Source: Spirochaetota bacterium (GTDB taxonomy: Bacteria; Spirochaetota; Brachyspiria; Brachyspirales; JACRPF01). From it: 64,000 bases of DNA. The notes below the pieces were generated by a model. It had not been told where the DNA came from. It was given only the letters and a program-made list of their open reading frames with translations, and did not search any database. Shown one piece after another: positions 17,906 to 27,400 of this stretch. Each line of letters begins with the position of its first letter. The first letter of the stretch is position 1. The DNA is taken from positions 279 through 64,278 of the forward strand of contig JBBTBY010000043.1 of assembly GCA_038043445.1 (NCBI GenBank). The letters run 5' to 3'. The position numbers and the translations under genes were made by a program.

Positions 17906-18831
17906 AGAGAATCGGGAACTCCTTTTGGATATGTGCTCAATGCCCGTATGATCTCATCAGCATCGGCGAGCATTTCCTGAAGCGAATGGTGATCGCCGTT
18001 CACGCCCGCACAGACGAGCACATCACGAATGAGCAATGACCTGTCCTTGTATGCGGAGAGCACTGGCGCTGCGTCCTGCGATTTCGATAATTTCCTGCCG
18101 CCGGGTGCGATCAAGGGATGATGAATGAGCGGCGTACGTGCGAACGCGGTAAGCGAGAGCGCTTCGCCGATGATGACTTGCACGCAGGTGGAATCGAACA
18201 GATCACGCCCGCGGACGATATGCGTGATGCCGAAATGAACATCGTCGATGACGCTTGCGAGCTGATATGAGGGAATTCTATCCCGTCGGCGCACGACAAC
18301 ATCCCGCATGCTTGCAGGGAACGGCGAGGTGACAGCGCCGCGGAAATGATCGTTGATAGACACCGTATCGGCATCGATGCGCATTCGCCAGGCGACATCC
18401 CCTTCGAAGGGAAGTCCGCGTTCTCGGCAAGCGCTTGCGCATCTGCCCGCGTATGTGCCGGGATACGTGCCGTCCGGCGATGATCGAAGCGCTGCACGGG
18501 AACAGCCGCAGGCGAAGAGTGTGCCGGCATCGCGAAGCGTTTCGAGCGCTTTGTCATAGAGATGCCGACGGCACGATTGGCCCCAGTTGCGGTAAAAGTC
18601 ATCGGGGCCGGACGGGCCTTCGTCCCAGGTGATGCCGGCGAACTCAAGCGTGCGGAATATCGAATCCACATATTCGGGACGACTGCGCTCTGCGTCCATA
18701 TCATCGATGCGAAGGAGAATGCTCATGCCGATGCGTTTCGCCATGAGCCAGGTAAGCAGGAATGAATAGATGTTCCCGATGTGCAGATGACCGCTCGGTG
18801 TCGGCGCTATGCGTGTGCGTAGTCGTGGCAT
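17902..18831 (-). CDS. gluQ: tRNA glutamyl-Q(34) synthetase (GluQRS)
   Basis: RIAPTPSGHLHIGNIYSFLL (HIGH), RIDDMD and KLSKSQ (KMSKS-like) are present. At about 309 aa it has a truncated GluRS catalytic domain and no anticodon-binding domain. ATG 18831 sits 7 nt after a TATACT -10. Confidence 0.85.
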   Translation of the reverse strand: MPRLRTRIAPTPSGHLHIGNIYSFLLTWLMAKRIGMSILLRIDDMDAERSRPEYVDSIFRTLEFAGITWDEGPSGPDDFYRNWGQSCRRHLYDKALETLRDAGTLFACGCSRAALRSSPDGTYPGTYAGRCASACRERGLPFEGDVAWRMRIDADTVSINDHFRGAVTSPFPASMRDVVVRRRDRIPSYQLASVIDDVHFGITHIVRGRDLFDSTCVQVIIGEALSLTAFARTPLIHHPLIAPGGRKLSKSQDAAPVLSAYKDRSLLIRDVLVCAGVNGDHHSLQEMLADADEIIRALSTYPKGVPDSL

Positions 18832-18838
18832 ACAATGC

Positions 18839-18867
18839 AGTATAGTGTCACCGTACTGTACGGTCAA
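18839..18867 (-). promoter_or_regulatory. sigma70-type promoter of gluQ operon, leaderless geometry
   Basis: The minus strand reads TTGACC gtacagtacggtgacac TATACT gcattgt ATG(18831). Confidence 0.5.
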
Positions 18868-18879
18868 TAGTCCTCCATA

Positions 18880-18909
18880 GAGAACAGCGGGTTGCAACCC
18901 GCTGTTCTC
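18880..18909. repeat. perfect 30-bp palindrome, copy A of an intergenic repeat family
   Basis: GAGAACAGCGGGTTG|CAACCCGCTGTTCTC has conserved flanks CATAGA... and ...ATCGATTCT. An associated box CGCGACAGTCTCG lies at 18968-18980. Related copies are at 29072-29123 and 44009-44036. Confidence 0.7.
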
Positions 18910-18989
18910 ATCGATTCTGATGAATTTTTTATGACCATTGTTCTTCGTTATGGGTGAATAGCATTTTCGCGACAGTCTCGCTTAATGAT

Positions 18990-19017
18990 TTGACAAATAG
19001 CGTGATGGCCATACACT
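18990..19017 (+). promoter_or_regulatory. sigma70-type promoter of PQQ-propeller gene
   Basis: TTGACA aatagcgtgatggcca TACACT, followed by a leader of about 25 nt with a GGGAG RBS before ATG 19047. Confidence 0.4.
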
Positions 19018-19046
19018 ACCGGGCACTTGATCATCCGGGAGATGCT

Positions 19047-20390
19047 ATGAAAAAAAGCCGTATCATTCTTATTTCCATTGCAGCGTTCGTCGGCGCACTG
19101 TTGGCAGCAGGCGCGTGGTTCTATCTCTGGTCGACCAGTTTTTCCGGCGATATAGCATGGAAGTCGGACAGCATACCGGCACCGATGCAGACACCGACGG
19201 CGTTAACGCTTGAGCCCCTTGGATGGCCGGAATGGCTTGGCCCGACGCATAACAATGAAAGTCCCGTCACCGGAATTCAGAAGGATTGGTCGCATGGATT
19301 GAAGAAGGTCTGGGAGATAGGATATCTCTGCAAAGGAGCCAAGGCCATGTCCTGGTCATGCCCGGCTATACGGGGGAATCGTCTCGTCGTTCCCGGCAGG
19401 GACGAAGTGAACGACTATATCTTCTGTCTCGATCCTGAGAACGGCAAGCTCATCTGGCTTAGAAAATATCCCCTCGCTGCAAAGAACAATTACGGACAGG
19501 GTCAGCGCGCCACGCCGACCATCGATATGAACAATGTCTATACCGTTTCGCGCGAGGGTGATGTGCGCTGTCATGCACTCTATGACGGCACATTGATCTG
19601 GGAATTCAATATCACCAATGCCGGATGCACGCCGCCGGAATGGGGCTCGGCCGGGTCTCCGCTTGTGTATAAAGACAGGGTGATCCTTCATGCAGGCGGC
19701 GGAGCGCTCGCTATCGCGCTCGATAAAAAAACCGGTGCGCTTCTCTGGAAGTCGCGCCCCGCAATGGGCTGTTATTCAACGCCAGCGCTTATGAACATCG
19801 GCGGCATCGACTACGCTGTCATACTGCATAAGCCGGGCATCAGTTTCATACACGCCGATTCCGGAAAAGCAGCATGGGATATTCCCGCAGGAAAATTCGC
19901 CACCGAGATGATGGTGACGACGCCCGCGGTATATAATGAGTACGTATTCGCAAGCACTATGAAAGGCGGAGGCAGCATCGTAGCGCGCGTAGAGAACGGG
20001 AGACCGAAGAAAATTTGGCAGAACGATGCGATAAAGTCGTATCAGTCAAACCCGGTGATCAAGGACGGATATATCTACTGCTACAGCGGCATGCCTATCA
20101 TCAACAGCGGCTCCTTCGTCTGCGCGGAACTTGCCACCGGGAAAAAGATGTGGGAGACCGACCGCATCGGACACGGCACATCGATCTATGCCGACGGGCA
20201 TATCATCTGTCTTGACATTCAGGGGAATCTGTTCCTGGTCAAGCCTGATCCGAAGGAATTCATACTTGTCTCGGAGATAAAGCACTTCGTTCCCGAAGGA
20301 AAAAAACGCACGTGGACGAAACCCATCATTGCGAACGACAAGCTCTATATCAGGCACGGGAATACGCTCGCCTGCTATCGGCTGAAATAG
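19047..20390 (+). CDS. PQQ-like (BamB-type) beta-propeller repeat protein with N-terminal TM/signal anchor
   Basis: MKKSRIILISIAAFVGALLAAGAWFYLW is followed by repeated W/G-rich blades (WPEWLGP..., IWEFN, LLWKS, KMWETD). The internal ATG has an RBS, and the track start at 18954 lies upstream of the predicted promoter. Confidence 0.75.
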   Translation: MKKSRIILISIAAFVGALLAAGAWFYLWSTSFSGDIAWKSDSIPAPMQTPTALTLEPLGWPEWLGPTHNNESPVTGIQKDWSHGLKKVWEIGYLCKGAKAMSWSCPAIRGNRLVVPGRDEVNDYIFCLDPENGKLIWLRKYPLAAKNNYGQGQRATPTIDMNNVYTVSREGDVRCHALYDGTLIWEFNITNAGCTPPEWGSAGSPLVYKDRVILHAGGGALAIALDKKTGALLWKSRPAMGCYSTPALMNIGGIDYAVILHKPGISFIHADSGKAAWDIPAGKFATEMMVTTPAVYNEYVFASTMKGGGSIVARVENGRPKKIWQNDAIKSYQSNPVIKDGYIYCYSGMPIINSGSFVCAELATGKKMWETDRIGHGTSIYADGHIICLDIQGNLFLVKPDPKEFILVSEIKHFVPEGKKRTWTKPIIANDKLYIRHGNTLACYRLK

Positions 20391-20411
20391 TTTCGTTCTC
20401 GGGCGCTCCCT

Positions 20412-22136
20412 TTATTTGCCGAGAAGCGGAAGCCGATACGCGGCCATCTCGGACGCATTGCGCACGACAAGCACATCGCCTGCCAGCGCGGGATGATTCC
20501 ATGTTTTTCCCTTGAGAACACTTATGCTCGCAAGTTCGGTGAAGGCATCGGGCTTCGCTGCGACAAGGGCTAATGCACCTTTTTCCGACAGCACCAGCAT
20601 CATGTCCTCATCGGCAAGGAGCACTATCCATCCGCGGTAGCGTTCGCCTTTCCATACACGCTTGCCGTTCCTGATATCGATGCAGGCTATGCTCGGCCCG
20701 TGAAAACCGTACGCATATCCCTTGTGAACGACAAAGTCGTTGAAGTTAAGTTTCATCTCCGTCGATGACCATACATCCGTGACCGACCACTTTCCGCTGT
20801 TGAGCGCGACATGTACGCGGCGTACGCTCTGTTCACCGTCGGAGCTCAGCATAAGATCGTTCGGGGCAATGAGCGCAGGCTGAAGGATACGGTCCTCGAG
20901 TTTCCAGGCATAGTTCCAGAGCTGCTTTCCGGTTTCAGGCGCGACACTCTGCGCTCCGGCCATGCTCACATGCACTATCTGCGGAACCCCGTTGATGGCA
21001 AGAAGATGCGGCGAGCTGTAGCTGTTGCCTCCATCGGGAAGCGACCAGCGCACGATGCCGTTCGCTGCATCATACGCGGAAAGCTTTCCGGAAACGGAAA
21101 CAATGACGATATCTCCAATGACGAGCGGCGACGCGGCGAAACCCCAATTGAGATTTTTCACACTGCCGTCGGTCGAGGCATTGCGCGTCCATATGACCGA
21201 GCCGGTTTTCATATCGAGCGCATTCACAATGCCGGTGGCACCGAGCGTGTATACGCGTCTTCCGGCGATGGTCGGTGTCGCACGGGGGCCCGCACCGGCA
21301 TGCGAATCGTAGAATCGCGCTTTGTCGCGGTGCTTCCAGACGGGCCTGCCGCTCGTGATATCATAGCAGGACACGGCCTCATGCTCGCCGAGCTGTTCCT
21401 GCGTGAAGAGCATATTCCCGCTCACCGCCATGGACGAACAGCCGGGACCGATACTTCTGCGCCAGAGCTGTTTCGGCGGTGATGACTTCCAATTCGTCGC
21501 TATCGATATGCCGCGGACGATGCTGTCGCGGTTCTCGCCGCGAAATCCCGGCCACGCCGCTTTTGTACCCGCTTCCGCGGGCACGGTGGCTTCATCGCCT
21601 TTCGCAAGGAGGCGGCTTTCCAGTGTCGGGGCCCAGCGCCAATTGAACGATTGATTCGCGCTCCCGTCCATGCCGTCGGTGCGGAGGAAGAGCCAGGGAG
21701 CCGATGCGAGGAGAATGCTGATGACCATAGCCGTTCGGCGGGGAAGTGCCGAAAGACGGCTGCCGATAACCGCCCAGAGAACGAACGCCAATGACATGGC
21801 CGGCGTTGCGAACATCATGAACATCATGCCCATGTTCGCCGTCGCTATCGATATGTCGAGAAAGAACGACACGGCGACAAGGGATACTATCGCGAGAACC
21901 GGGGCAAGCCATCGCTCAAAAGCTCGTGCGCGGCTGAAAAAACACCACCAGACAATGAGCGCCGGTCCGCCGAGCATGCCGGAGAACATCGCTATCATGA
22001 GCCCGTCGGGTTCTATGACAGGAAGAACGAATCGCAGCAGCAATTGAATGACAACAATAATTATGCCTGGCAATAATCGCAGACCTGTTTGCTGAGTAGT
22101 ATCGCCCCTGTTCTCCGATGTTCCTTTTTCCGACAT
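20412..22136 (-). CDS. polytopic membrane domain fused to PQQ-like beta-propeller
   Basis: The N-terminal ~190 aa has about 5-6 TM helices. It is followed by propeller blades (WPGFRG, LWRRSIGPG, PVWKH, VIWTRN, VRWSL, QLWNYAW, RVWKGE). ATG 22136 is preceded by GAGGAG. Confidence 0.75.
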   Translation of the reverse strand: MSEKGTSENRGDTTQQTGLRLLPGIIIVVIQLLLRFVLPVIEPDGLMIAMFSGMLGGPALIVWWCFFSRARAFERWLAPVLAIVSLVAVSFFLDISIATANMGMMFMMFATPAMSLAFVLWAVIGSRLSALPRRTAMVISILLASAPWLFLRTDGMDGSANQSFNWRWAPTLESRLLAKGDEATVPAEAGTKAAWPGFRGENRDSIVRGISIATNWKSSPPKQLWRRSIGPGCSSMAVSGNMLFTQEQLGEHEAVSCYDITSGRPVWKHRDKARFYDSHAGAGPRATPTIAGRRVYTLGATGIVNALDMKTGSVIWTRNASTDGSVKNLNWGFAASPLVIGDIVIVSVSGKLSAYDAANGIVRWSLPDGGNSYSSPHLLAINGVPQIVHVSMAGAQSVAPETGKQLWNYAWKLEDRILQPALIAPNDLMLSSDGEQSVRRVHVALNSGKWSVTDVWSSTEMKLNFNDFVVHKGYAYGFHGPSIACIDIRNGKRVWKGERYRGWIVLLADEDMMLVLSEKGALALVAAKPDAFTELASISVLKGKTWNHPALAGDVLVVRNASEMAAYRLPLLGK

Positions 22137-22196
22137 GTGCAACTCCTCGAATGTGATCTTCAGCATGATCGATCGCAGTATTCTGATTCGTCGGCA

Positions 22197-22224
22197 AGTA
22201 TAACGCCGCATGGAATTCTGTCAA
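22197..22224 (-). promoter_or_regulatory. sigma70-type promoter of the TM-propeller gene
   Basis: The minus strand reads TTGACA gaattccatgcggcgt TATACT. A 60-nt leader with an RBS follows. Confidence 0.5.
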
Positions 22225-22227
22225 TCG

Positions 22228-22254
22228 TGACTCGAACTGTCTGACTCGAACTGT
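22228..22254. repeat. tandem direct repeat 2 x TGACTCGAACTGT (14-bp period) abutting the -35
   Basis: The units are at 22228-22240 and 22242-22254 and are identical, separated by a single C. They lie 3 nt from the -35 of the minus-strand promoter and about 50 nt upstream of the divergent AraC promoter. Confidence 0.6.
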
Positions 22255-22304
22255 TATGCACGAAGTCCATACATGCCGCATATCGATCGAATGTTATCGA
22301 TGTA

Positions 22305-22332
22305 TTGACGTGAGTGCCGGTTCTGATACAGT
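22305..22332 (+). promoter_or_regulatory. sigma70-type promoter of AraC regulator, leaderless geometry
   Basis: TTGACG tgagtgccggttctga TACAGT attccc ATG(22339). Confidence 0.45.
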
Positions 22333-22338
22333 ATTCCC

Positions 22339-23205
22339 ATGGCGGTCGGCAAAGGTATATCACCGGCGAGCATCGATGCATCGCGAATAGACAGTTTCAT
22401 CGAGAAACTCGGGCGAAACACCTCAAAATCGATCGCCTTGGGCGGCACGGATGCCGGCATGATATCGCTCGGGTTCTGGAGACCGCCGGACGGCACACAC
22501 GCCATACAGGGAAGATTCCCCAATTTCGCGCTCCTCTATCTCCTCCGCGGGAATGCACGCTTCACCGACAAGGACGGCGAGCATCATCTTCGGCCCGGAT
22601 CGCTCGTATACCGTACACCCGGAACGCATAGATTCCTCTACGATGATATTCCTTCGTGGATGGAATTCTTCATTCAACTATCGCCCGCGCTCTATAACGC
22701 CGCACCGCAGATATGCCCGCCGGAACGCATCGCCGCAGTGCCGATCACGGACGATCTGCTTGATGCGCTCCATCGGTTCATCGCTGAATTCGACACCACG
22801 CTTCCGCATTCCGTTCTGCTTGCGAAGGTGTACGCTGTTCTCGGCATGTTCAATGAGCGCATCGTGTCAACACCGTCACCCGCGGACAGGATACACACCG
22901 CCGCTGCCGCGATCGAAAACCATCTCGCCGATGATATCGATCTTGAAGCGATATCCGCCGCATCGGGAATGAGCTATGACCTTTTCAGGAAAGAATTCAA
23001 ACGGGTGACCGGCACATCACCCATGCAGTACCGGCTGCGCAAACGCATCGAGCGCGCGCAGGTGCTGCTTGCGAACGGCGCCGCAAGCGCAAGCGAGGTC
23101 GCTCATCGTGTCGGGTATGCCGATATTTTCACGTTCTTCAAGCAGTTCAAGCGCATCACCGGCATCACGCCGAAAGCGTATCGCCGGTCGCTCGGGCGCG
23201 GGTAA
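22339..23205 (+). CDS. AraC family transcriptional regulator (cupin sensor + HTH)
   Basis: The C-terminus has the AraC double HTH (ISAASGMSYDLFRKEFKRVTGTSPMQYRLRKRIERAQVLL...VAHRVGYADIFTFFKQFKRITGITPKAYR). Confidence 0.85.
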   Translation: MAVGKGISPASIDASRIDSFIEKLGRNTSKSIALGGTDAGMISLGFWRPPDGTHAIQGRFPNFALLYLLRGNARFTDKDGEHHLRPGSLVYRTPGTHRFLYDDIPSWMEFFIQLSPALYNAAPQICPPERIAAVPITDDLLDALHRFIAEFDTTLPHSVLLAKVYAVLGMFNERIVSTPSPADRIHTAAAAIENHLADDIDLEAISAASGMSYDLFRKEFKRVTGTSPMQYRLRKRIERAQVLLANGAASASEVAHRVGYADIFTFFKQFKRITGITPKAYRRSLGRG

Positions 23206-23312
23206 TGCTTCCATTTCGCCCATAGTTTTTCCATCCATGCTATAACCGATACCGTTATCCGAGTGTACCTTTATCGCGTACGATCATCATGGATCAAGAC
23301 CGGGAGTACACG

Positions 23313-24392
23313 ATGAACATACAGGAACTCTTTCCCGCGGACGAGCTTGCACGCCGCCGCGAGCACTGGGCGCAGTTCTGGCGGAACGATGCTGACGTGA
23401 GGACCATCATCGCCCCGCAGTCGGGCATTCGCTATACGAACACGCTTGATAAGGACGAAGCGCGTCGTGAATTCATACGACATATCGAAGTGGAAGCATC
23501 GCTCGGGTATGATACGCTCCCCGCGTTCAAATGCGTGCTCGGCACACCGGCGCTCGCAAGCGCGTTCGGCGGCACCTGGCATCGCGACGAGGGCGGCATG
23601 TTCTGGATAGACCCTATCATCGAGAAGCCGGAGGATGTATACCGCCTCACGCTCCCCCCGGCGATGAGCGGTCTTGTGAAAGAGTCGGTCGATATCTACC
23701 GGTATGTTGCTGCGGATATCGGCTGCATCCCGCCGCGTGTCCCTGACATGCAGGGTCCGCTTAACACTGCGTCTATGCTGTGGCGTCAGGAGGATTTCAT
23801 CATCGCCATGTATGACAATCCGAAAGAAGTGCATCATCTCCTTTCGCTTGTCACCGACTATATCATTTCGGTCTTCCATTACTTCCGGGATAATTTCGAG
23901 AATGCTGAACTCGTTTCCTGGCCGAATCTTCATATGCCAGAGGAATACGGCGTAGGGATCATTGAAGATTTCACCGAACTCCTGTCGCCTGAGCTGTACC
24001 GCGAATTTGGGCTTCCCTATGTGAACCGTATTGCGCGGGAATTCAACGGGGTCTTCATTCATTGCTGCGCACGTTTCAAGCAGCACTATGACGCGTTCGC
24101 CGAGATATACAACCTCCGCGGGCTTGACACGATGTATCCGTTCACCGAACCCGCGGTGATCGCGGAGCGTTTTCCAGGCATCGTGCATACGATGGGTGCA
24201 CACGCCCCTGCGCATCAGCAGGAGTTCGGCGGGTCATCACGGTCTTTCGTGCGCTTCATAAGCGAACGGATACCGCAGTCATCACGCATGGTCTTCATGC
24301 CGTATGACAGCGCCGATACGCTCGACGAATCGCTGATCGATACGATATGCGAATGCCGGATGCCTATGCGGGTATCGGCCATGTGCGTGTGA
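23313..24392 (+). CDS. URO-D family protein (MtaA/MT2-like), second paralog
   Basis: URO-D-type motifs are MQGPLNTASMLWRQEDFIIAMYDNPKEVHHLL and DFTELLSPELYREFGLPYVNRI, with an H-x-C motif in VFIHCCA. I prefer ATG 23313 (GGGAG 6 nt upstream) over ATG 23289. Confidence 0.65.
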   Translation: MNIQELFPADELARRREHWAQFWRNDADVRTIIAPQSGIRYTNTLDKDEARREFIRHIEVEASLGYDTLPAFKCVLGTPALASAFGGTWHRDEGGMFWIDPIIEKPEDVYRLTLPPAMSGLVKESVDIYRYVAADIGCIPPRVPDMQGPLNTASMLWRQEDFIIAMYDNPKEVHHLLSLVTDYIISVFHYFRDNFENAELVSWPNLHMPEEYGVGIIEDFTELLSPELYREFGLPYVNRIAREFNGVFIHCCARFKQHYDAFAEIYNLRGLDTMYPFTEPAVIAERFPGIVHTMGAHAPAHQQEFGGSSRSFVRFISERIPQSSRMVFMPYDSADTLDESLIDTICECRMPMRVSAMCV

Positions 24393-24409
24393 TCGCTGCG
24401 CGGTCGTTC

Positions 24410-24437
24410 TTGACGTATACGCGCATGGCGATATACT
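24410..24437 (+). promoter_or_regulatory. sigma70-type promoter ahead of the LamG-GH gene
   Basis: TTGACG tatacgcgcatggcga TATACT lies in the 100-nt gap after the URO-D paralog. Confidence 0.45.
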
Positions 24438-24494
24438 TCACGGCGGGTTCTATTCAAAATATTAAGGATGCATCACAGCTCATCGGAGGCGCCT

Positions 24495-27400
24495 GTGAAG
24501 ATCGTCTTCAACAGCATTGTTGTTCTAAGCATTATCTCCGCAGCATTGTTCGCTGCGCCGTCGGGCATCTTGAAGGATATTTCCTTCTGCGCGAGCTTCG
24601 ATGAAAGCGCAAAGCCGGAATACAGTCTCGGATCGCCCGTGTTCAAGCCCAAGGAGCGCAATGCGCAGATAGTCTACACGGCGGGAAAGAACGGAAAGGG
24701 ACTTCTTGTCGACAAGGCGCAGAACGCGACAGCCGTACAGTATTATGCTGCGGGTATAGTCGATGCGTCAGCGGGCACCATCGCGTTCTGGGTGCTTCCG
24801 TCCGATGACAGCGGCGTAATACAAGCGTTCAACTGCGAAGGTTTCATCGTTACCACGAAACAGAATCGCATCAATTTCTGGTCGTATACGGGGGATTGGA
24901 AGAACCGCGCGGACACGTATGACCCTGCGGCGAACAATGCGTTCTTTAAGAATGAATGGGTGCATATAGCGGTGACATGGGATAAGGAAAGCGGGCAGAA
25001 GATCATATACATCAATGGGAAAAAGATAGCTTTTGCGAAAGGGAAATTCCCGGAAAAGCCGTATACACCCAATGATTCCTGGATGAACATCGGCGGGAGC
25101 CGCCCGGGTTCCGGCACGGCGAACGATCTTTCGGGCGTTATTGATGAAGTCGCGGTGTGGAAACGGCAGCTTTCCGATGATGAGATAGCGACTATTGCCG
25201 CCAACTGGGTACCGGACAGGAACGATCTCCTTGCTGATGGCGATTCGGGCACGATGTTGAAGGATGCTGCTATCGGCTATGCATCGAAGAATGCGGGCGA
25301 CGGCCTCTACTTCCTCGATCAGGCGGTGACAGTACTGGTACCCATAACGAATAATACGTCCGAACGCAATCTGCATGCAGAATATCAGGTCATCGATCAT
25401 TACGGCGTTGTCGTTTCCAAGTCGGAAAAAGATATATCGCTTCCGTCACGGAACGGGATAATGGATGCGTTCACGTGTCAGGTGAACAAGTACGGCATGT
25501 ACCGGATACGTCTTATTCTCACCGGTGACAAGAAGGAGAAAGGGAAGGATGTGGCTACGTTCGCTGTCATCCCGAAAGGATTATCCGAACGCGCGACACG
25601 CGATGAAAGCTTTTACGGCACGCATCCGAAATACTACGGCGCAAGCGTACGTCCGGAGCTGTGGGGCAAGGACATTAAAAAGGACGAGTACCATCTCGAT
25701 ATTGTCTGTAAGCTCGGTCTCCGCTGGGCCCGCTCGCATGATGTGCTGCAGACGACGCAGTGGTATCGTGTGGAAAAGGAGCGCGGCAAATTCGATTACA
25801 CTATCTCCGACGGCGTGATAACGGCGCTCAAGGGGAAAGACCTTCGGATGATGGGGTCATTGTTCGCAACGCCGCTCTGGGCATCGAAGAACGAGAGCGT
25901 GCACGGATTTCACACGACCGAGGTACCGCCGGACTGGAATGAATGGGAACGGTATGTCAGGAATACGGTGACGCGGTACAAGGAATATGTGCGCGTATGG
26001 GAAGTATGGAATGAGCCCGATGCCGGGAAAAAATGGTGGGGCGGCACACCTGCCGAGTACGTCGAACTCCTTAAGCGATCGTATACGGTGATAAAGAGCA
26101 TCGACCCCTCGCTCGAAGTGGTGGGCGGCGTCATATCGAGCTGGATAAATCTCGAAGCATTTCCCACGGAGATATTCAAGCTCGGCGCTGCAAAATACAT
26201 GGATACGCTTTCCATACACTGGAAAACGAAAATGGGCGACAATGTCATGGATGGGATAAAGGTCTTTGATGATTTCCATGCGTATATGAAAAAACACGGG
26301 CCTGACCGCCCCATCATGAACACGGAAGGCGGGATATGGAGCACATCGTTCTTCTCCGATCTCGACTGCGAGGGGCTTCCCCCCGTCGCGAACCGACAGC
26401 CGCCGTATGAACAGTACCGCGATGCAGCGGACAACATCGTGAAAGCGTGCAGCATCATGCAGTCTGAGCATGTGAAGAAATATTTCCTCTATTTTTTCCG
26501 CGGCGACGGCGCTAATTTCGCCAAAGCCAATCTGGGTGAAACGTACTATCGCGAAATGCACTGGGATTTCGGTGCCGGCCCCTTTGACAGCGCGCCGAAG
26601 CCGCTCTTCATCGCCTATGCCTTCCATGCGTTCATGCTCGATGATATGAAATTCAGCAAGCGGCTCTCGAAGGACGACGCCGTCTGGTGCTTTACCTATG
26701 CGAACGACGACCATGCGACAGCCGTGCTCTGGGCAGAGACGGGAATGAAGAACATCGATGTAACGCTTCCGCTCGATGCCGCCGGACTCACCGCGCAGAA
26801 CATCATGCTCAATGAGAAGAAGATACAAAGCGATGGAAGCACGATAACACTGCGCCTCGGCACTGAGCCGCTGTATCTCACCGGGAAGATAGACTGCAGG
26901 AAGATCGAAGCCGCGTTCGAGAATGCGTCGTATGACAGAAAGCTTCTTGCATCAATGACGGCCAAGCCCGATGTCCCCGATGCGATGCGCTCGGTGAAAG
27001 GTTTCGCGCAGGCACGCGAAGCACGCACGGACGGCTGGAAGAACATCGATATAAGGCCGTTCTGCAACATGGGATTTTATGATGAGAAGGCGGGCGACGG
27101 CATCGGCGGGTGGACGGATCAGGGCGCGCTCAATAATATCGACGGCATACCGACGGGAATGCAGACATACTACCATGTCCCAATCGACATCATCGACCCT
27201 GATAAGAATAGCGGGCGATCGTGCATTGTCCTTCAGTCGAAGGAAACACCGGCACTGCCGCTCTCAGCAGGTCCTATACCGGTGAATGCGCAGGCAGCCG
27301 CGATATACTTCACGCACTCATGCGCATGGGCGAAAGCAGGCGATACCATCGCATCATACGCCATCCGCTATGCCGACGGAAGCACCCGTGATATTCCCAT

